This document shows, one piece after another, positions 1 to 9,253 of a stretch of DNA of 64,000 nucleotides. The position numbers were made by a program, and so were the translations under genes. The stretch covers positions 1,664,001 to 1,728,000 of the forward strand of contig OY970368.1 in NCBI GenBank assembly GCA_963718615.1. The letters are read 5' to 3'. Source of the stretch: an uncultured cyanobacterium. GTDB lineage: Bacteria > Cyanobacteriota > Cyanobacteriia > PCC-9006 > JAAUQQ01. Every line of letters begins with the position of its first letter. Position 1 is the first letter of the stretch. Below the pieces are notes generated by a model. It saw only the letters and a program-made list of their open reading frames with translations, was not told where the DNA came from and did not search any database.

Positions 1-339
1 ACCCCAGAAGAAGGCATCAACCCCTTTACCTTAAGTGGGGCCATAGAAGTTTGTTTTGATCTACCAAAGCTGCAACTCATGCCTGGTCCTTATCGACTGA
101 GTGTGTTTGTTTATCGTGCCAATGACCCAGGCGTTTACTTAGAAGCAGAAGATGCCTTAGCTTTTGAACTCTATCCAGCCATTGTTCGCGATGGTATGTG
201 GGCCTATCGTCCAGATCACGGTGTTGTTCGTATTGCGAATGGGGGACTAGTGCGAGCGATTTCTCCTGAATGTTCTGAGCCTAAAACTTCTGCACCTCCT
301 GTATCTGATACGAACCAGATGTTAAAAATGGCTCACTAG
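1..339 (+). CDS. wzt: C-terminal part of polysaccharide ABC transporter ATP-binding protein (Wzt C-terminal domain), 5'-truncated by window edge
   Basis: Frame 1 is open from base 1 (TPEEGINPFTLSGAIEVCFDLPKLQLMPGPYRLSVFV...DALAFEL), matching the Wzt_C 'LPLxPGxYxLS...DALxFEV' pattern; sits directly upstream of the GT cluster. Confidence 0.6.
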   Translation, partial: TPEEGINPFTLSGAIEVCFDLPKLQLMPGPYRLSVFVYRANDPGVYLEAEDALAFELYPAIVRDGMWAYRPDHGVVRIANGGLVRAISPECSEPKTSAPPVSDTNQMLKMAH

Positions 340-375
340 AGCTCCTATCATCTTTGCTTTGCTGATAATCTGCTT

Positions 376-1728
376 ATGCAACTTCTATACATTACTCCTG
401 AATATCCACCCTGCTCTGGGGGAGGGATTGCCACTTTTTATCATCACCTGCTACCCACCTTAGCTCGCCAGGGCCACGACGTGCGAGTTCTGGTTGCTAA
501 TGCGTTGATGGATCCTTTTCCGCCCTATAGGGACCAGGGAATCCAAGTAGATTGTATTGATCAACAAGAGATTGCCGCACTACTGCCTTATTTTAGTCAC
601 TATAGTGGGATGCCCTATCTTCAGCGCTATCTTGCAACAGCTTGGGCTGCCTGGGAACAAACCAGAGGAGGGCAAGGCTTTGATCGGGTGGAAACTACGG
701 ATTGGGGCTTATTGTTTATCCCTTGGGTTGTTGCGGCTGAGCGGCCCCCATCGGTCGTCCAATGTCACGCTAGCCTTGGACAAATTGACCGTTATGATCC
801 CCAATCAGGTCAAGAGTTGCAAGGTCATTTAATTCGTTTGATCGAAGCCGGTGGATTGGCGATCGCCGACGAAGTTCAAACCTACAGTCGCATGAATCAA
901 AGGGATTGGGAAGCTTTGCTCCATCGCCCAGTCAGCCTGATTTCTCCTGCGTTTTCTCCAGAGTCTTTCCCACCCTTGGCCTCAGTTCCTACAATGCCTC
1001 TGGGCCAGGGACTTGTTGTAGGTCGTATTCAGCAATGGAAGGGTCCTCTGGTACTTTGCGAAGCCCTACAACTCTTGGGTGACCAAGCACCAACCTTAAC
1101 TTGGGTTGGGCGAGATACTCCCTATCGTGTTGCTCATCAATCGATGTCAACTTACCTGAAAACCCATTATCCTCGTATCTGGGGAAAGCAGGTTCAAGCA
1201 ATAGGCCCCCAGCCCCCAGCCATTGTCGCCCAGATGCAGGCCCAAGCAGATTTTATTGTTGTTCCATCAACTTGGGATGTATTTAATTTAAGCGGCGTTG
1301 AAGGCATGGCCCAAGGAAAAGTGGTAATCTGCTCCAAAGGAGCTGGATTGGCCGATCTGATTGAACCGGATGTAAATGGATTCTTATTCGCACCGGGAGA
1401 CAGTTCAGCCTTGGCAGATTGTTTACGGTCCTATCAGCAACTCTCTGCGTCAGCGCGACAAAGGATGGGAAAGGCTGCACAAGAAACTATTTATACTCGA
1501 TTGAATCCAGAGATGATTGCTCAACGTCGTTATGAACTCTATGGCAAGCTTAGTCAGCACAATTCTCTGACTTCTGCAAAACCTCCGTCAGAATGGTTGA
1601 TTAATGCAGTGAGCCCAGCCCCATCCCTAACTCGATCCGACGCTTTTCTTGATAATTTTCCCCTACGTCAGTTAATTGGCTATTGTGGTCAGCGATTGCT
1701 ACAAAAAGGATTATCAAAGGTTCTATAG
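376..1728 (+). CDS. Glycosyltransferase family 4 (GT-B)
   Basis: N-terminal TPEYPP-GGGI motif, C-terminal VPSxWDVF...VEGMAQGKVVI. Confidence 0.9.
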   Translation: MQLLYITPEYPPCSGGGIATFYHHLLPTLARQGHDVRVLVANALMDPFPPYRDQGIQVDCIDQQEIAALLPYFSHYSGMPYLQRYLATAWAAWEQTRGGQGFDRVETTDWGLLFIPWVVAAERPPSVVQCHASLGQIDRYDPQSGQELQGHLIRLIEAGGLAIADEVQTYSRMNQRDWEALLHRPVSLISPAFSPESFPPLASVPTMPLGQGLVVGRIQQWKGPLVLCEALQLLGDQAPTLTWVGRDTPYRVAHQSMSTYLKTHYPRIWGKQVQAIGPQPPAIVAQMQAQADFIVVPSTWDVFNLSGVEGMAQGKVVICSKGAGLADLIEPDVNGFLFAPGDSSALADCLRSYQQLSASARQRMGKAAQETIYTRLNPEMIAQRRYELYGKLSQHNSLTSAKPPSEWLINAVSPAPSLTRSDAFLDNFPLRQLIGYCGQRLLQKGLSKVL

Positions 1729-1843
1729 AGACTGTAAAGAGTTAATTATTTGGCTTAGATTTTAACTTAAACTTAAACCTTAGATTTAAGTGATGTTGGA
1801 ATATATTCCTGTTGTTATCGTTTAGCTGTTGCCTCAACTCGTT

Positions 1844-2797
1844 ATGGCTATCCCTTCCCTTGCTTTGTGTATTCCGGCTTATAATGCTGCTGCTTTTTTG
1901 CCCCAGCTGTTGGCTTCTGCTCAAGCTCAAACCCGTCCCTTTACTGAAATTTGGGTCTACGACGATTGCAGTACAGACTCTACTTCGGAAGTGGCAGCCG
2001 CCTATGGGGCTCAGATTATTCGGGGCGAAAAAAACCGGGGCTGTTCTTGGGGTAAAAATGTGTTGGCTCAGCAAACCCAATGTGATTGGATTCACTTTCA
2101 TGATGCTGATGATGCGCTCTATCCTAACTTTGTTGAGGCAGCCCAAGATTGGATGGTACAGGCAGATGCTCCTGATGTAGTTCTATTTTCCTATGAGTAC
2201 CGAGAGCAAGAGAACTCGGTTTTGATTGATTTACAACAGTTTGATGATCAAGCGTTACGACGGGATGCGATCGCCTACTGTATCCGCACCCAGATTAATC
2301 CCTTTTGCGGTCTCTATCGTCGAGAATCTTTTTTAGATTGTGGGGGCTATGATATAGACCCACAAGTTCTTTACAACGAAGACGTAGCCTTTCACTGTCG
2401 GTTGGCCATTGCAGGGGCAAAATTTGCGGCTGATCCGCGAATTACAGTTATTAACTACCGTTGTGCGAACTCCATGTCGCAGGCCAATGCTGTGCGTTGT
2501 CTGCGAGCCCAGTATCAAGTCATGGCTAAGGTTGCGGCTGCATTACCAGGCCAGTATCAATCACCCGTTGCTCAACGACTTTGGGAAATTGCTGGAGTAT
2601 CAGCGGCTTGCTCGGATTGGCAAAATGCAGATGCCTGTGTCACCTTGGCTAGACAACTTGTCGCTAAGCCAAATGTTAGCCAGTATCAGTTCTTTAATCA
2701 ACTCTGTACTTTTCAGCCCTATTTGGCACTTCGCTTGCGTGAATATCTAATCCGTCAATTCAAACCTGATTTACGACTATCAGTTATCGCTGCCTGA
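1844..2797 (+). CDS. Glycosyltransferase family 2
   Basis: CIPAYNAA, VYDDCSTD, FHDADD (DxD); ATG 1844 preferred over TTG 1829. Confidence 0.9.
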   Translation: MAIPSLALCIPAYNAAAFLPQLLASAQAQTRPFTEIWVYDDCSTDSTSEVAAAYGAQIIRGEKNRGCSWGKNVLAQQTQCDWIHFHDADDALYPNFVEAAQDWMVQADAPDVVLFSYEYREQENSVLIDLQQFDDQALRRDAIAYCIRTQINPFCGLYRRESFLDCGGYDIDPQVLYNEDVAFHCRLAIAGAKFAADPRITVINYRCANSMSQANAVRCLRAQYQVMAKVAAALPGQYQSPVAQRLWEIAGVSAACSDWQNADACVTLARQLVAKPNVSQYQFFNQLCTFQPYLALRLREYLIRQFKPDLRLSVIAA

Positions 2798-2832
2798 TGT
2801 TAGTTACACTGGTGAACTGAAAGATTTATTTT

Positions 2833-3795
2833 ATGAATGCTCTTGTTTCAATTCTAGTTCCCTGTCATAACGCTGCAGATTGGTTACCACAGACACTAGA
2901 GTCTGCAATTGCCCAAACTTGGCGACACACCGAGATCATTGTCGTTGATGATGGTTCGACCGATGCTAGCTTGGCAATTGCTCAATTTTTTGCAAATCAG
3001 CATGCTCAAATTCAAGTTATTACCCAAGCAAAACAAGGGGCGAGTTCTGCACGTAATCGAGCCTATGAAGCTTGTCAGGGTGAATGGATTCAATATTTAG
3101 ATGCTGATGATTTGCTAGCGCCTGACAAGATTGAGCGACAGATGTGTCGCCTAGAGCATTGTGGAAATACTTTCCTGGCTGCAGGAGAATGGGCTAGGTT
3201 CTATGACTCACCCCATAATGCATGTTTCATCCCTGAACCTCTCTGGGCAGATTTGGCACCCGTAGATTGGTTAATATGTGCTTGGCAAGGCAACTGGATG
3301 ATGCATCCAGCGGCTTGGCTCGTACCTCGTTCGCTCGCAGAAAAGGCTGGTCCTTGGGATGAAGCGCTTTCTCTCAACGATGATGGTGAATATTTCTGCC
3401 GCGTGATTTTGGCAAGCCAAGGAATTCAGTTTTGTTGGGGTGCCCGTAGTTATTACCGTTCTGGTCTTCAGGGGAGTCTTAGCCGAACTCGATCAGATGC
3501 TGCTTGGTCCTCAGCATTGCGTTCGTTAGAGAGCTGTTATGAACATCTTCTTGCTGTCGAAACTAGCCCTCGAACTCGTGAGATCTGCGCTCTATTATTT
3601 CAGCGATTTGTCTATGAAGCATATCCCCACGTTCCCGCTTTACGACAGCGTGCCGAACTCTATCTCCGAGATCTGGGAACTATTTCCCTCGCTCCCCTAG
3701 GTGGACCTTGGTTTCAAATTGCTGCTGCAATATTAGGCTGGCAGCAGGCAAAGCGTATTCAGCAATGGACCCATTCTCTGAGCTTTATTGAATGA
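2833..3795 (+). CDS. Glycosyltransferase family 2
   Basis: VSILVPCHN, VVDDGSTD, GASSARN, YLDADD. Confidence 0.92.
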   Translation: MNALVSILVPCHNAADWLPQTLESAIAQTWRHTEIIVVDDGSTDASLAIAQFFANQHAQIQVITQAKQGASSARNRAYEACQGEWIQYLDADDLLAPDKIERQMCRLEHCGNTFLAAGEWARFYDSPHNACFIPEPLWADLAPVDWLICAWQGNWMMHPAAWLVPRSLAEKAGPWDEALSLNDDGEYFCRVILASQGIQFCWGARSYYRSGLQGSLSRTRSDAAWSSALRSLESCYEHLLAVETSPRTREICALLFQRFVYEAYPHVPALRQRAELYLRDLGTISLAPLGGPWFQIAAAILGWQQAKRIQQWTHSLSFIE

Positions 3796-3809
3796 GGCTA
3801 AGATCAATT

Positions 3810-5081
3810 ATGGCAAGAATTTTAATTTTGATTGGGGCGCATCTTTGCACTGCACCTCGACCTCAAAAAGAAGCAGACCTACTAGCTAAAGCGGGTCATG
3901 ATATAACAGTTTGTGGTGTTTGGTTTGATGAGGAACTTGTGGAACGCGATCGCCAAATCATCGCAAACAAAGCTTGGCTTTTTCAGCCTGTGCTTGACTT
4001 TCGCTCAAGTCGAGACAATCGCTGGCAACATTTAATGGTTCGGCTACAGGCTCGCATTGTACGTACTTTATTTCGTAGATTTGGGTGGTTTTCTCCTAGT
4101 TTATTAGGGTACGGGGTTAGAAAGTTACTGAAGGAAGCACGCACTAGAAAGGCTGATCTAACGATTGTTCATTCTGAGTCCGGGCTCTGGGTTGGTCGTT
4201 CTCTTCTCTCTCAGGGATTACAGGTAGGGGTAGATTTTGAGGATTGGTTTTCTCGTGATTTGTTGCCAGGAGCAATTCGTCCTGTTCGCCAATTAGAACA
4301 ATTGGAGAGATTTTTAGCGCAGCATTGTATCTATTGTTTAACCACATCTCAGGCTTTATCGGAATCGATTGCCTCTACTTATAATGTTCCTCGCCCAACA
4401 GTGATATACAATGCCTTCTCCCAATCTAATATTGCTGAAAATGATACGGCTGATAAACTCTATCAGCAATCTACGATTAAGCTACACTGGTTTTCTCAAA
4501 AAATTGGTCCAGGACGAGGATTGGAACTCTTGTTTCAAGCACTACATCAACTCGATTTAAATTCAGATTATTCCATAGAAATTTATCTTCGAGGCCAGCA
4601 CTCAGAGGAAACTAGATATTGGGTTAATTCTCAAGTTCCTAATGCTTGGCGATCGCACATCTTTCTCGAATCGACGGTATCCAATGAAAAGCTTCTTGCC
4701 TGTACTGCTCAATATGATATTGGGCTAGCCCTTGAACAATCGACTCCCCCTAGCCGTAATCTAACGATTACGAACAAACTGTTTCAATATTTGCAAGCGG
4801 GGCTTGCAGTCATTGCAACGCCCACGGCTGGTCAGCGTGAAATCCTGACACAGAATCCTCAAGTGGGAGCGTTAATGCTAGACTTTACACCCGAGGCTTT
4901 TGTCGCTGTGCTAGAGCCTTTGGTGCGATCGCCTCAACGTTTGATACAAGCAAAACGAGCTGCAAGACAAAAATTTGAGAAGCACTATGCTTGGGAACAT
5001 CAGCAGCATAAACTGCTGACCGCTGTTGATCGAGCTTTAGGGATTTCTTGTACGAACGCTATAAACTATACCTATGAATGA
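3810..5081 (+). CDS. Glycosyltransferase family 4-like
   Basis: GRGLE motif, DIGLALE, NKLFQYLQAGLAVI C-terminal GT-B motif. Confidence 0.8.
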   Translation: MARILILIGAHLCTAPRPQKEADLLAKAGHDITVCGVWFDEELVERDRQIIANKAWLFQPVLDFRSSRDNRWQHLMVRLQARIVRTLFRRFGWFSPSLLGYGVRKLLKEARTRKADLTIVHSESGLWVGRSLLSQGLQVGVDFEDWFSRDLLPGAIRPVRQLEQLERFLAQHCIYCLTTSQALSESIASTYNVPRPTVIYNAFSQSNIAENDTADKLYQQSTIKLHWFSQKIGPGRGLELLFQALHQLDLNSDYSIEIYLRGQHSEETRYWVNSQVPNAWRSHIFLESTVSNEKLLACTAQYDIGLALEQSTPPSRNLTITNKLFQYLQAGLAVIATPTAGQREILTQNPQVGALMLDFTPEAFVAVLEPLVRSPQRLIQAKRAARQKFEKHYAWEHQQHKLLTAVDRALGISCTNAINYTYE

Positions 5082-6156
5082 TATGAGAACTTGGAGTCAT
5101 TATCAAAGCCTAGATTTGTGGAGAGGATTTGCCGCCCTTTGGGTTATGGTTTTTCATGGATTTGGATCGCTTTATGATCAGCCTTTACATCCTTGGGTTG
5201 CTATTGTGAGTAACTTTGCTAAGCCTGGATGGATAGGAGTACATCTTTTCTTTGTTGTTAGTGGCTATTGTATCGCAGTGAGTGTTTACCGGCTTTTGCA
5301 GGGTCAGGAAAATGCCCTGATTTTTTTGAAGAAACGGGCTTGGCGTCTTCTTCCAACCTACTGGTCTGCGTTTCTTTTAACGCTTTTAATTAATTTAGGT
5401 ACTGCACCCCTAAATGGCACCTCATTTGCCAGTAATATGCCCTCCACTGGGCTCGCTTGGCTTGGAAATTTGTTTTTGATTCAACCCTATCTTCAGGTTC
5501 CCTTTTATGGTGTTGTTTATTGGTCTCTTGTGGTTGAAGTTGGTTTTTATGTAATCGTTGCTCTTTTGTTGCTACTCAATCAAATTGGCGGAATCAGGCT
5601 AACGCTATGGGTTGGCATTGCCTTGGCTTTCGCCTCATCCCAGTTGCCTAAAGATTTTGTCATCTATACTTTACCCTATTGGTGTGAGTTTTGTTGTGGA
5701 GTTTTACTCTTTTTAGCTTTGTTATTTAAGTTTGAAAAGAATCAGTCTGGTCGGGTTTTTATTGCGCTCTCGCTTATTTCAATTCTGGGAGGAATTAGCA
5801 TTTTTCAAAATTTACAAGACCAAGGAAATCAGCTTTGGTTTAGTAGCCTGTTTGCGTTGCTACTCTTTGTTTTGCATCGTTGGGATAAAGCAGTTAGTCA
5901 AGCTATTCTGCTGAAAATTTTCAAGAATCTAGGACTGATTTCCTATTCGCTTTATCTGATTCATGTTCCCATTGCAGGACGCGTGATTAATTTAGGCTTG
6001 CGGTATATTGGAACTCAAGATTTAGGATTGCTTGGCCTTGAGTTATTATCCTGGACGATTGCGATCGCAGCGAGCTATGTTTTTTATCTTGGATTTGAGC
6101 GTCCTTTTGCTAAAGGATTACCTCAAAAAACAACGGTCTCTGGCTTATCTGCTTAG
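5074..6156 (+). CDS. Acyltransferase family 3 (membrane O-acyltransferase)
   Basis: LDLWRGFAALWV..H, GVHLFFVVSGY, RAWRLLPTYW, WSLVVE..FY, GLISYSLYLIH; polytopic. Confidence 0.92.
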   Translation: MNDMRTWSHYQSLDLWRGFAALWVMVFHGFGSLYDQPLHPWVAIVSNFAKPGWIGVHLFFVVSGYCIAVSVYRLLQGQENALIFLKKRAWRLLPTYWSAFLLTLLINLGTAPLNGTSFASNMPSTGLAWLGNLFLIQPYLQVPFYGVVYWSLVVEVGFYVIVALLLLLNQIGGIRLTLWVGIALAFASSQLPKDFVIYTLPYWCEFCCGVLLFLALLFKFEKNQSGRVFIALSLISILGGISIFQNLQDQGNQLWFSSLFALLLFVLHRWDKAVSQAILLKIFKNLGLISYSLYLIHVPIAGRVINLGLRYIGTQDLGLLGLELLSWTIAIAASYVFYLGFERPFAKGLPQKTTVSGLSA

Positions 6157-6198
6157 CCCCCAGTTCTCAACCATTCATGTTTATTATCGATCTAAATT

Positions 6199-7284
6199 AT
6201 GCGTATTCTAATGACTGCGGATCCGGAACTGCCTGTCCCACCGCCTCTCTATGGTGGCATCGAACGGATCATTGATACTTTAGTCCGAGGTTTACAACAA
6301 CGTGGCCATACCGTGAACCTTCTAGCCCATCCTGATTCAACCTGTCCTTGCCCAACCATGCTTGCATGGCCTGGATTGCGATCGCAATACTTTAGGGATA
6401 CTTTCCGAAATACAAATTCACTAGTTGCGGCAACTCAGGACTACAAGCCTGACCTAGTTCATAGCTTTTCTCGACTTCAGTATCTGTTGCCGCTGTTACC
6501 GATGGCGCTGCCTAAAATCATGTCTTATCAGCGCCAACCAACGGGCCGAACAGTTGCCTGGGCGAATCGATTTGCTAAGCGATCGCTGACCTTTACCGGT
6601 TGTAGCGAACATATTTGTCAGCAGGGTCGAGCGTTTGGGGGAAATTGGGTTCCAATTCACAACTTTGTTGATCTCAAAGCCTATCAATTTCAGCCAAATG
6701 TTGCGGAGGATGCACCGCTTGTTTTTTTAAGCCGTATCGAGGAGATTAAAGGGGCTCACTGGGCAATTGCAGCCGCCCGACAAGCTAAACGTCGGCTGAT
6801 TATTGCTGGTAATCGAGTTCATTCTGAAGCAGGCGATCGCTATTGGCATGAACAGATTAAACCCTATGTGCAACTTGGCGAAGTTGAATATATCGGCCCC
6901 ATCAATGACGCGCAGAAAAACGAGCTTTTGGGGCAAGCTGCTGCGATGCTCGTTCCTATTCAATGGGATGAGCCATTTGGCATTGTTTTTGTAGAAGCTT
7001 TGGCCTGCGGAACACCCGTAATTGCCTGTCCACGAGGTGCATTACCTGAAATTGTGCGACCAGGAGTTGAGGGATTCCTGATACAGAGTATTGCCGAAGC
7101 TGTCGCAGCAATTCGCCAATTACCAAAGGTTAATCGTCAAGACTGCCGCAAACGAGTGGAGGCTCAGTTTTCTTCGGATGTGATTGTCTCACGCTACGAA
7201 CAACTGTATCAGCAGCGACTGGAGAAATCTAACATTCCTAATAAAGCTCACTACTTTACTTCCATTTCATGGCTACGATCGTAA
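6199..7284 (+). CDS. Glycosyltransferase family 4
   Basis: PVPPPLYGGIER, IKGAH, DEPFGIVFVEALACGTPVI. Confidence 0.93.
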   Translation: MRILMTADPELPVPPPLYGGIERIIDTLVRGLQQRGHTVNLLAHPDSTCPCPTMLAWPGLRSQYFRDTFRNTNSLVAATQDYKPDLVHSFSRLQYLLPLLPMALPKIMSYQRQPTGRTVAWANRFAKRSLTFTGCSEHICQQGRAFGGNWVPIHNFVDLKAYQFQPNVAEDAPLVFLSRIEEIKGAHWAIAAARQAKRRLIIAGNRVHSEAGDRYWHEQIKPYVQLGEVEYIGPINDAQKNELLGQAAAMLVPIQWDEPFGIVFVEALACGTPVIACPRGALPEIVRPGVEGFLIQSIAEAVAAIRQLPKVNRQDCRKRVEAQFSSDVIVSRYEQLYQQRLEKSNIPNKAHYFTSISWLRS

Positions 7285-7374
7285 TCTTGGGAACAATAGA
7301 AGAACAACGCGATCGCAAACAAGCTAAATCTATCATAAAACAGTTTAGATTTGATTTTTGTCAGGAAGTTACTC

Positions 7375-8091
7375 ATGCTGAACCTGCGCGCAAAGATTCG
7401 CGAATATTTAATTCAACGTTTAGATGTTCCCAATATTCCAAATGCGTTGTCTCGCCTTTCCCAAAGCGGTTTTCAACCCCAAATTATTTTTGATGTTGGT
7501 GCTTATCGAGGCGATTTTGCTCGTAGTTGTTTGACGGTTTGGCCCCAATCACAGATCTTTTGCTGTGAAGCCTTGCCCACTAAAATTCAAGAGCTTAAGC
7601 AGCTTTCATCCCAGAACTCAAATATTCATGTTGTTCCTGGTTTGGTAGGATCTTGTTATCAGTCCCAGGTTCCTTTACATGAAGTGGAAACAGCCTCTTC
7701 TGTATTAGTTGAACATATAAATCATGATTTTCCAGTCAATTACTATCCTATGTATCCTATCGATACACTAGTTAAGCGAGAAGCTAATGGATTAAAACTA
7801 GATTTTCTAAAAATTGACGTTCAGGGATACGAACTAGAAGTCTTAAAAGGAGCAGAACAAACACTGCCCCATTTACAGGCAATTCTTGCAGAGATTAATC
7901 TGCTTGATATTCATCAAAACACCCCTTTATTAGCTGAAATGATTGAGTGGCTGCATCAGCGCGGTTGGGTTGCCTTTGATATTTGCGGAATGACACGTCG
8001 TCCTTTGGATAAAGCACTTTGGCAAGCTGACTTCATTTTTGTGCCCAAGGAAAGCGTACTGCGGGCGGACAAGCGATACGCTAAGGCTTAA
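7375..8091 (+). CDS. FkbM-family SAM-dependent methyltransferase
   Basis: IFDVGAYRG and FLKIDVQGYELEVLKGA motifs. Confidence 0.9.
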   Translation: MLNLRAKIREYLIQRLDVPNIPNALSRLSQSGFQPQIIFDVGAYRGDFARSCLTVWPQSQIFCCEALPTKIQELKQLSSQNSNIHVVPGLVGSCYQSQVPLHEVETASSVLVEHINHDFPVNYYPMYPIDTLVKREANGLKLDFLKIDVQGYELEVLKGAEQTLPHLQAILAEINLLDIHQNTPLLAEMIEWLHQRGWVAFDICGMTRRPLDKALWQADFIFVPKESVLRADKRYAKA

Positions 8092-8152
8092 GTGAATCAG
8101 CGTTTGTCCCTACATCCATCGGAATGGGTAGATTCCTTTCCCATCTCGGTGG

Positions 8153-9247
8153 ATGGTTTTCTATGGAGATGAATTAAAAATGCTAATTTGTCCAGCTTTT
8201 TATGATGGTCAAACAAATGGAATTGGTCGAGTTGCTAATGGTTTCTATCAATCCTTGAAGTGTTTTTCCATTCCACCCTTTATCCTCAGTGCGAATGACT
8301 CGGTATCGGCTCCAAAATTAGAAATAGGAAAAGCCTATGGCGGCTCCTATGGTCGTATGTTTGTGGAGGCTTTTGGGTATCCTTTTCAGCGTCCCCCCTT
8401 CATTATTTGTATGCACCTTGCGCTATCCAGCGTAGCGCGAGTTTTGGCACAGCGCTATCGTGTTCCTTTATGGGTCTTTATTCATGGTGTTGAAGCTTGG
8501 AAGCCTTTAAAAATGCGCGACCGCTGGGGTCTTGAAGGTGCGACTCAACTGCTATTTAATTCTCATTTTACTCGTCGTCATTTTTATCAGTTCAACCCTG
8601 AATTTTCTGATTCTGCCTCTAGTGTTATTCCCCTAGGTATTGGAGAACTTCCTGAGCAAGACTTCCTGTGTTATTCAAGCTCTTTAGGCTCTAAACCGGA
8701 TCTACGTATTCTCATTGTTGGGCGTTTGTCTAAAGGTGAACGATACAAGGGCCATCAAGTCTTAATGAAAAGTCTAGGCTTAGTACAATCAGAGTTTCCC
8801 CAGGCTCGACTCACTATTGTGGGCGATGGAGATGGACGAGCTGAGTTGGAGGCGATCGCCCGCTCCTACTCCTACGCCCAGCAGATTGAATTTACAGGAC
8901 GGGTTAGCGATTCAGATTTAAGCCTACTTTATCAACGCAGTCAGGTATTTGCGATGCCATCTATGGGCGAAGGCTTTGGATTAGTTTACTTAGAAGCCAT
9001 GGCCCAAGGCTTACCTTGTCTTTGCTCTAATGTTGATGCTGCTCGTGAGGTCGTGGTTCATGGTGAAACGGGATTTGCCGTCGATCCTACTTCGGCAGAG
9101 GATGTGGCTGAACGAATTAGCCAATTGTTCCGCGATCGCCCCCTGGCCCAACGCCTTGGAGAAGCGGGACGGCGACGGTTTGCGGAACAGTTTACGCAAT
9201 CCCAGTTTCAAACTCGAATTCAACGATTGATTCAACCCTATTTGTGA
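8153..9247 (+). CDS. Glycosyltransferase family 4
   Basis: VGRL...YKGH, EGFGLVYLEAMAQGLP. Confidence 0.92.
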   Translation: MVFYGDELKMLICPAFYDGQTNGIGRVANGFYQSLKCFSIPPFILSANDSVSAPKLEIGKAYGGSYGRMFVEAFGYPFQRPPFIICMHLALSSVARVLAQRYRVPLWVFIHGVEAWKPLKMRDRWGLEGATQLLFNSHFTRRHFYQFNPEFSDSASSVIPLGIGELPEQDFLCYSSSLGSKPDLRILIVGRLSKGERYKGHQVLMKSLGLVQSEFPQARLTIVGDGDGRAELEAIARSYSYAQQIEFTGRVSDSDLSLLYQRSQVFAMPSMGEGFGLVYLEAMAQGLPCLCSNVDAAREVVVHGETGFAVDPTSAEDVAERISQLFRDRPLAQRLGEAGRRRFAEQFTQSQFQTRIQRLIQPYL

Positions 9248-9253
9248 AGCGAT

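Noticed and set aside
2029-2035. In-phase A_AAA_AAC in a GT2 gene (also 10225-10231 in asnB)
   Set aside because: Both genes continue normally in frame 0 and I saw no strong downstream stem, so these are chance EKN codons, unlike the 63381 site
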